Shown: one piece after another, positions 57,610 to 64,000 of the stretch | Layout: each line of letters starts with the position of its first letter | How positions within the stretch are numbered: the stretch's first letter is position 1 | Assembly (NCBI GenBank): GCA_964617735.1 | Contig: CAZTXT010000001.1 | Location: 395,589-459,588, forward strand | From: an uncultured Candidatus Saccharibacteria bacterium | GTDB taxonomy: Bacteria > Patescibacteriota > Minisyncoccia > Phycocordibacterales > DSPV01 | Length of the DNA stretch: 64,000 nucleotides | Reading direction: 5' to 3' | Notes under the pieces: generated by a model | Seen by the model: only the letters and a program-made list of their open reading frames with translations | The model's database searches: none | Told to the model about the DNA's origin: nothing | Made by a program: the position numbers and the translations under genes

Positions 57610-58542
57610 ATGCAACGCACCCTCAAGACCCTCTTCCTCTGTGCTCTACTGGGCACGATCGTCTGGTTCAACTGGAAGCCGCTCAATAATTTTGCCTGGC
57701 AGGTCTACGATCATTTCCTCCCGTGTTCGCGTCCTATTGGATACTATATCGGCTCGTTCGACCCTCGTTTTGGGGTGAGCAAGAGCGATTTCCTCGATGC
57801 GGTGAATCAAGCCTCGCTCATTTGGGAGAAGAGCGTTGATCGTGACCTATTCACCTTCAATGACCACGGCACCCTGCCGATCAATCTCATCTACGACGCG
57901 CGCCAGCAAGAAACACAACAGCGCAGCAGCCTCGATAAGACCATCAGCGCGGTGGAGCAACAATACAACGATAAACGCGCAGAATTTGATACCCTCAAGT
58001 CTTACTACGCCTCGCAGGCAAGCGACTATCAGGCAGCCCTCGCGGATTTTGAGCAGAAGGTGGAGAGCTATTCTCAAGAAGTCAATTACTGGAATGCTCA
58101 CGGCGGCGCTACACCCAAGGCCTATGCGGAACTCTCAGCCCAGAAGAATGCTCTCCAGAGTATGCAGCAGGCACTCGAGCAGCAAAAGACTGCGCTTGAT
58201 GCCACCTTTAGTAAACTTCAGGCGCTTACCGCACAGGTCAATGCTCTGGCGCGCGAGGCCAACGGCAACATCAATACCTATAATCAAGGACAATTCGTCG
58301 GGAAAGAATTCGATGCGGGACTCTATACGCAGGACGGCGCAGAAACAGAGATCAGCATTTTCCAATTTGAGGATAAGAATAAATTGATACGTGTACTCGC
58401 ACACGAGCTCGGACATGCCTTGGGCCTCCCACACAATAGCAATCCGCAGTCCATCATGTATGAGCTCAATTCAAGCACGAACGAGAAGCCGACTGCCGAT
58501 GACGTCACGGCACTTAAAAAAGTCTGCCACATAAAGAGTTAA
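57610..58542 (+). CDS. Matrixin (M10) metalloprotease with coiled-coil insertion
   Basis: HELGHALGLPH and SIMY Met-turn. Confidence 0.85.
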   Translation: MQRTLKTLFLCALLGTIVWFNWKPLNNFAWQVYDHFLPCSRPIGYYIGSFDPRFGVSKSDFLDAVNQASLIWEKSVDRDLFTFNDHGTLPINLIYDARQQETQQRSSLDKTISAVEQQYNDKRAEFDTLKSYYASQASDYQAALADFEQKVESYSQEVNYWNAHGGATPKAYAELSAQKNALQSMQQALEQQKTALDATFSKLQALTAQVNALAREANGNINTYNQGQFVGKEFDAGLYTQDGAETEISIFQFEDKNKLIRVLAHELGHALGLPHNSNPQSIMYELNSSTNEKPTADDVTALKKVCHIKS

Positions 58543-58691
58543 AACGCTCTCCCGGCAGGAGATTTCTATACCTCGCTTGCCCTTTTTCGGGGCATACAAA
58601 AGTTATGCAGTGGTTCTATTTACAAACCCTTTTGTGATGTTAGCATGAAGAAAGATAGTTCATAATTGTTCCCTGAAATGAAAGGACTCGT

Positions 58692-59255
58692 ATGCCTGAA
58701 TTAAAGACTGTACTACCTAAATGTGCCTGCAGATTGACTGCATGGACGTATGTGGGGACAGGAATGCCTGACCCAGAACTCACCCTTGACCATTGGCAAT
58801 GCACAGAATGTTTTCGCCCGGCATGGATGGTCTCTCACGACGGAGGCAGGGCCTTAGTGATACCTCGCCAGCTTACCTATGAGATGCCCTGCGATCTCAT
58901 GCAATACATCATGGGTCCTCTCCAGAGGGAGCTCGAGAGGATCGCCGTGTACATCAAAGACATTCGTTACCGGTACGAGAGGGATAAAATGCAGATGATC
59001 TTGAAGGCATTGGGAATCAGACGAGAATGGGATTTGATCAAGAATACACACGAAGTTCCTGAAAGCGATGTGAAAGAATTCGAGCTTCTTCAAGCGCGCA
59101 TTTTCATTCAGGATGAATGGGTTTATCCTTCACGCGCGCCACTCCCCAACCCACCCCAACCCCTTGAAGGACTCGTTTACCTGCAAAAGGTGGCACGTCC
59201 CGAATCCAAATCCGCTCAGTGGTATACGATTTCAAGGGAAAAGAAATGCACGTAG
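58692..59255 (+). CDS. Hypothetical protein with N-terminal Cys cluster
   Basis: CAC...CTEC; GAAAGGA SD; downstream hairpin. Confidence 0.55.
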   Translation: MPELKTVLPKCACRLTAWTYVGTGMPDPELTLDHWQCTECFRPAWMVSHDGGRALVIPRQLTYEMPCDLMQYIMGPLQRELERIAVYIKDIRYRYERDKMQMILKALGIRREWDLIKNTHEVPESDVKEFELLQARIFIQDEWVYPSRAPLPNPPQPLEGLVYLQKVARPESKSAQWYTISREKKCT

Positions 59256-59330
59256 TTCCTGGTCAGAGAAAAGACTCCGCAGTTCGCGGAGTCCTTCTGT
59301 ATTCAGTGCACGCGATTTTGGGGGAAGGAT

Positions 59331-60443
59331 ATGAGATACTGGATACGCGATATGGGTCTCATTCTTTTTTATAAAAAACACGAGCGCCATATAAACACGA
59401 TCGCCTTCGCTTCCGGGTATGTTATAGACAACATCACCATGGTGCGTGTTGACGTCTGGTATGACCATGTACTTCTGGTCGCGCACCTCTCTATTGCTGC
59501 AATCGCGATCATACTGTTGAGCGGTTATGAGCGGATCCGCGATAAAAGCCTCTCCATCACAAATACTGCGGCAAAAGTCGTCGTTTGGCTGCCCGTCATC
59601 ATCCAGTTCGGTCTCGGTTCGATCTTCAGTGGTTCACTCGTATTCTATTCGCGCAGCGCTTCGCTTTCCTCCAGTTGGCCCTTCGTTCTCTTGCTCGCAA
59701 TATTCCTTGTCGGCAACGAGCGTATCTATAACCGCTATACTCGCCTGACGTTCCAGATCGCTGGGTTATTCGTCGCGTCATTCCTCTATTTCTCCTTCAC
59801 CATTCCCATTTTGATGCGTAGCGTCGGGATCCTGCCATTTCTGTTGGCAGGATTAACGAGCCTTCTTCTTGTGTTTCTTGTCTCCCAAGGCATCCGACGA
59901 TTTTCCCCCGAGCAGTTCACGCACAGCGCGCGCAAGATATTCTGGAGCGTGCTTGCATTCTATGTCTTCTTCAACGCGCTCTACCTAACCAATCTCATAC
60001 CGCCCCTTCCGTTGAGCCTCAAAGAGCTCAACGTCTACCATTCCATCGTCAAAACCCCCGAAGGCGATTACGATGCGACGATCGAGCCGGTAGCCTGGTT
60101 CGATGTAGAGGACCGGCTCTGGCCTCTCTTTCATGCGGTTCCGGGTGAGAGTATTTTTGTCTACAGCTCCATTTTCGCTCCCGCGAGGATCGACGCCGAT
60201 ATCGTCCATGAATGGTTCTATTTCGATGAAGCGAAGGGCAAATGGGTTTCGGTCGGAGTTGTGCGTTTTCCGATCAGCGGCGGAAGAGATGGAGGGTATC
60301 GGGGATATTCGCAAAAAAATAATGTCTCTCCGGGCAGATGGAGAGTCGAGGTTAAAACCGTAGGAGGCCAAAAGATCGGAAGAGTGAGCTTTACCGTGCG
60401 GGCGGTGGAGACACCCCCGGCGGTGAAGGCAGTGAAGCTCTAA
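59331..60443 (+). CDS. DUF2914-domain membrane protein
   Basis: Multi-TM N-terminus; IFAP, GGRDGGYRGYS and GRWRVEV motifs. Confidence 0.8.
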   Translation: MRYWIRDMGLILFYKKHERHINTIAFASGYVIDNITMVRVDVWYDHVLLVAHLSIAAIAIILLSGYERIRDKSLSITNTAAKVVVWLPVIIQFGLGSIFSGSLVFYSRSASLSSSWPFVLLLAIFLVGNERIYNRYTRLTFQIAGLFVASFLYFSFTIPILMRSVGILPFLLAGLTSLLLVFLVSQGIRRFSPEQFTHSARKIFWSVLAFYVFFNALYLTNLIPPLPLSLKELNVYHSIVKTPEGDYDATIEPVAWFDVEDRLWPLFHAVPGESIFVYSSIFAPARIDADIVHEWFYFDEAKGKWVSVGVVRFPISGGRDGGYRGYSQKNNVSPGRWRVEVKTVGGQKIGRVSFTVRAVETPPAVKAVKL

Positions 60444-60549
60444 TGATGCTTGAGTTCATGAAGTTCTAATCTGTCTTCGCTATTGTGGTATTGCATCAGG
60501 AATGCATCCGCTCTATGTTTTTAGGTTCGGATGCAGTAGGATGTCTTTT

Positions 60550-60577
60550 TGTAACAAGACTGGGCATTATTCGTCTA
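60550..60577 (+). promoter_or_regulatory. ECF-type promoter (probable autoregulation)
   Basis: TGTAAC-N16-CGTCTA directly upstream of the ECF sigma gene. Confidence 0.6.
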
Positions 60578-60589
60578 ATCTTCATAGAA

Positions 60590-61102
60590 TTGGCAAAAAG
60601 TAAGCTAGAGGCGCTATTTCTTGAGGCGTACGAGGCGCATGTTGACGCGATCTTTCGTTATTGCCTTTTCAAGCTCTCCGACCGCGAGCGCGCTAAGGAT
60701 GCGACCCAAGAGATATTTGTGCGATTCTGGCAATATGTAAGCGCCGGCAATACGGTTTCGCATGTTCGGGCATTTCTCTTCACTTCCGCGGCAAACTACG
60801 TCAAGGATCAGTGGAAAAAGAAGAAATCCATACCCTTGAGCATGCTCGATCCCGTGGGGGAAGACGCGCAGCCATTTGATGTCGCAGATCCGGATGAGGC
60901 TACGATCGAGACGCAGACTGAATACCATATCGCCTTGAGGTCCTTCAAGCGGCTCTCCGACAGCGATCAGGTACTATTGCAAATGCGGTTCGTAGAAGAT
61001 ATGGCAGTGAAAGATATCGCACGGGCGCTGGGAGAGCGGGAAAATACGATCGCTGTTCGCATTAGTAGGGCATTGTCGTATTTGCGGAAGCATTTTACGT
61101 GA
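60590..61102 (+). CDS. ECF RNA polymerase sigma factor
   Basis: AKDATQEIFVRFW region 2 and VKDIARALG..ENTIAVRISRAL region 4; TTG start inferred. Confidence 0.88.
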   Translation: MAKSKLEALFLEAYEAHVDAIFRYCLFKLSDRERAKDATQEIFVRFWQYVSAGNTVSHVRAFLFTSAANYVKDQWKKKKSIPLSMLDPVGEDAQPFDVADPDEATIETQTEYHIALRSFKRLSDSDQVLLQMRFVEDMAVKDIARALGERENTIAVRISRALSYLRKHFT

Positions 61103-61103
61103 T

Positions 61104-62141
61104 ATGAACGACCAGGAGATAGAAAACTTTTTTTCGAAGATGCAACAAGAGAAACTCTCAAGTAAAGAACGCAGTGAGATGCGAGAGGCTTTACAGTTGC
61201 GCATCAAAGGTTACCAGCCTTCCTTGAAGGTGTATCGGTTCGCGTCGTTGAGGATAAGGCAATTTGCCTATGTTACCATGGCGGTCCTGCTTGTTTTGGG
61301 GGTGAGTGTTGCCTCTGCGGCCGAGTTCTCGCTTCCGGGAGACTCCCTGTATTCTCTTAAAGTCTCGGTCATAGAGCCAGTCCGCGAAGGGTTATCGCTC
61401 TCGCTTGAATCTAAGGCAAAGAAAGAAGCCGAGTTCGCACAGAAGCGCCTTGCTGAAGCCGCAGAGCTCGAAGCTAAAGGCAAGCTCTCGCTTGAGGTCA
61501 AAGACTGGCTTTTTGACCAAGCTGCAGAGCGGGTCCGCGGATTTGAGGATAGGATCGCGCAGGCCGGAGCATCGGTGGACGAGGAGCAAGCCGCAGAACT
61601 GGCTTCTCATCTTGAGGCGGCGCTCAATGCGCAGGTACTGTTGATTGGAAACGAGGCATCAAGCACGGCTACGAGTTCGCAGGCAGCAGTCGAGCGGCTC
61701 AAGATCTCCGCTCATGAAGTCTCTAAGCTCCGGGTTCGCGCAGAAGAGCGGATCGCAAACCGTTCGCCGGAAGAGCTCAAGGCGGTATCCGAAATACAGC
61801 TCAAACACGCCGAAAAGGAATATCAAAATGCAGAGCGTGCGTTCAAAGATCACCCCCGTATCACGGGTAAGGTCGCTGCTGATGCGATCCATAATCTCGA
61901 CGCGGCGAAAGCAATACTCGAGGAGGGAAGAGCAGGTCTGCAGTCGGGTTCCTATAAAGAAGCGATCCCCAAATTGCTAGAGGCCGGAAGGGGAGCGCAA
62001 GGTGCCCAAATACTCATCAACGCCGCGCCGGACCAAACGGAGAGCACCTCGACTCCAGAGCGGGGATCAAAAGGTTTGGATGAGAGGGATGAGGTTCCTT
62101 CAGAACTTGATGGATCGAAAGGCCTTGATATCTCGCTATGA
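61104..62141 (+). CDS. Putative anti-sigma factor (DUF5667-like)
   Basis: Single TM followed by AAEFSLPGDSLYSLK; coupled to the ECF sigma gene. Confidence 0.7.
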   Translation: MNDQEIENFFSKMQQEKLSSKERSEMREALQLRIKGYQPSLKVYRFASLRIRQFAYVTMAVLLVLGVSVASAAEFSLPGDSLYSLKVSVIEPVREGLSLSLESKAKKEAEFAQKRLAEAAELEAKGKLSLEVKDWLFDQAAERVRGFEDRIAQAGASVDEEQAAELASHLEAALNAQVLLIGNEASSTATSSQAAVERLKISAHEVSKLRVRAEERIANRSPEELKAVSEIQLKHAEKEYQNAERAFKDHPRITGKVAADAIHNLDAAKAILEEGRAGLQSGSYKEAIPKLLEAGRGAQGAQILINAAPDQTESTSTPERGSKGLDERDEVPSELDGSKGLDISL

Positions 62142-62536
62142 CGCCGGAAGAATTCGAAGCAATAGTTTCTGAAGAGTTTCCGGAAGCGATACCCCTTCAG
62201 TTTCGGAACAAGATACGCAATCTCGCGTTCGTCATCGAAGACGAACCGTCATCAGCAGTGCGTACGGCGCAGAGGCTCAAAGATTCTGAAACGCTCCTGG
62301 GTCTCTACCATGGCGTTCCGCTCATCGCTCGCGGCGATAGCTATGGCATTGGAGCGGTGACACCCGATATCATCACTCTCTATCGCGCCCCGATACTCTC
62401 GGCGGCACGATCCGATCCTGCGCGGGTTCGCAGCATCGTGCGCGATACCATTTGGCATGAAGTGGCCCATTATTTTGGTATTGATCATGCAGGAATTTCA
62501 AGGCGCAAGGCTGCACGGGCCAGAAAGCCCTCTTAG
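62138..62536 (+). CDS. Zincin-like metallopeptidase (Zincin_1)
   Basis: LLGLYHGVP, PDIITLYR and HEVAHYFG motifs. Confidence 0.85.
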   Translation: MTPEEFEAIVSEEFPEAIPLQFRNKIRNLAFVIEDEPSSAVRTAQRLKDSETLLGLYHGVPLIARGDSYGIGAVTPDIITLYRAPILSAARSDPARVRSIVRDTIWHEVAHYFGIDHAGISRRKAARARKPS

Positions 62537-62681
62537 TCTTTCACTATTCATTTCAGATTCAGGAATAACATGTTGTCATGAACATGTTTGCGTTGCAGTT
62601 TCTTTCCGGTATGCTATCCTTTTTTGAGTTCCGTATGGTCGTATTTAAAGGCTTGTGTTACTAGCCAATTATATATCCATC

Positions 62682-62756
62682 ATGGACATGGATGAGAATA
62701 AGGACCCAGCGCCTGACGAGGAAGAGACCGAAGAGGAAGAGTCTGAAGAAGAATAA
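62682..62756 (+). CDS. Acidic micro-protein MDMDENKDPAPDEEETEEEESEEE
   Basis: 24-codon ORF between a promoter-like element and a GCCCCGTCC/GGACGGGGC hairpin. Confidence 0.5.
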   Translation: MDMDENKDPAPDEEETEEEESEEE

Positions 62757-63000
62757 CTGCGATTTCGGAAGCCCCGTCCTTGCACACAGGGACGGGGCTC
62801 TGTGCATATATCAATGAAAAATTACGCGAAAGTAGGGAATAGGAACGGGAGACCAGGGTTTAGAACCTCATCGGTGTTCCGATATAAAAAATTCCTAAAG
62901 GTTGTCAAAGCAAAGCCGCGCGGGAGACACCGCTGACCATTTATGCAAACAAGAAAAAAGCCCGAGAGTTTACTCTCGGGCTTTTGGTATCTGGAGACTG

Positions 63001-63858
63001 CTAATTCCAGATCTCGTTGACGGCATAAAACCGTTTCGGACCGTTTTTGGTGGCCGTGAACGTTTTTTGTGCATTTCCGCCCGACGAACTCTGAAGAACA
63101 GACCACGATGAGACCGGTGCGGTCACGTCCGTGCTGGTGATCACCTTATAGGTGGCGCCGCTGTAGCCGTACCAACTCAACGTAACGGAAGTCGAAGAGA
63201 AGCTCCAAGTGGGCATGACCGGCCCTTTGACCACGTCGACCGTGATCAAGTCTGTCGCCGGCTGCTGCACGCTGTTTCCCTTGAAGTATCCGAACAGGTA
63301 CCGTCCAGGCTTTTGTGGTGTGAAGTACACGGACCCGCTGTGCTGTAGCGCCACACTCAATGAGGAAGTGAATGTTGATGGGTTCGTGATGCTGTAGTAC
63401 CCGACTATGTCGTTCGTGACGCTTAAGTTGGTCGCTACCAACCAGTTTGCCATAAGTTGGCCGCCGTAGGGTATCGTGGTCCCGGGCGTTATGGTCAGTT
63501 GGTACCCGTTGGTATCAGTGTAGATGGTGAACGGAAATGGCGCCGATAAAGCCGCTCCGCTACCCGCCTGGAAGTATTGGATTTGGAAATCCCCTACTTG
63601 GTTGAAGTAGAAAACTTTTGATCCGGACCTTTTTCCTGTTCCCGTGTAATACAGAAGCATAGCTTGAAGTGGCTGTCCGCTCGGATATTTCCCGATCCAG
63701 TCGCTCGATGACGAGGGGTTTACGTTGGTCCATGCGATGGTTACCGGCTGGCCGACATACGCGTTCGATGGTGTCGCCGACACCATACATAACTCGTCTG
63801 CTTGTGCGCTTATGAGCGCCGTGATCGTTGCTAGGAATAGCAGCATTTTCTTTTTCAT
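63001..63858 (-). CDS. Secreted beta-rich protein with two Ig-like repeats and a C-terminal LSW...Y.V..STD...W...RFY domain
   Basis: Signal peptide MKKKMLLF...AQA; repeats DWIGKY...SGS and DIVGYY...SGS; CAAAGGA SD. Confidence 0.65.
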   Translation of the reverse strand: MKKKMLLFLATITALISAQADELCMVSATPSNAYVGQPVTIAWTNVNPSSSSDWIGKYPSGQPLQAMLLYYTGTGKRSGSKVFYFNQVGDFQIQYFQAGSGAALSAPFPFTIYTDTNGYQLTITPGTTIPYGGQLMANWLVATNLSVTNDIVGYYSITNPSTFTSSLSVALQHSGSVYFTPQKPGRYLFGYFKGNSVQQPATDLITVDVVKGPVMPTWSFSSTSVTLSWYGYSGATYKVITSTDVTAPVSSWSVLQSSSGGNAQKTFTATKNGPKRFYAVNEIWN

Positions 63859-64000
63859 TGATCTGTCCTTTGGTTGAATTTTCGATGATCGAAATCTCTG
63901 AAGATACATTACATAAGTATCTTAAAATGTCAAGTATGCACCGGCGTTTCGTGATGACCGTTTAGTTTCGGCTTGGTACCTGTTATACTGTTTGGCATGC

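Noticed and set aside
1-64000. CRISPR array, IS element, prophage or rRNA
   Set aside because: No regularly spaced repeats and no cas, transposase, integrase or phage structural ORFs; the only rRNA-related match is the 13-nt anti-SD complement.

Overview
Bacterial chromosome segment in genetic code 11, most consistent with Patescibacteria/CPR (Parcubacteria-like). This placement is inferred from a cluster of small TrbC/VirB2-like pilins, a minimal IF2, a short DnaX and many leaderless genes. Housekeeping genes (infB, rbfA, iscS, clpB, udg, alr, rpmG, rarA, miaA, parB, topA, dprA, serS, dus, dnaX, typA) are interspersed with solo ORFans that carry their own promoter, Shine-Dalgarno and terminator, and with a block of small accessory genes at about 38-50 kb. 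Eight intact tRNA genes are present. The most unusual signal is non-coding: 5 of the 8 tRNA loci sit in tRNA-derived structured RNA. tRNA-Leu(TAA) and tRNA-Gln(TTG) are each nested, on a stem that extends their acceptor helix, inside a second interrupted tRNA-like shell. tRNA-Lys, -Cys and -Tyr each carry a 3' trailer made of an antisense copy of their own T-arm, two hairpins (at least one with tandem GA pairs) and a direct copy of their own 3' end. Other candidates are a Phe-codon attenuator upstream of an unknown small protein, a stand-alone small RNA with a 13-nt match to the canonical 16S anti-SD, a pyrF-pyrE block bounded by a tRNA 3'-end repeat, a basic ORF with an internal terminator (non-stop mRNA logic) and several micro-ORFs. 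All calls were made by eye from the sequence and the supplied ORF track; no database searches or folding programs were run.
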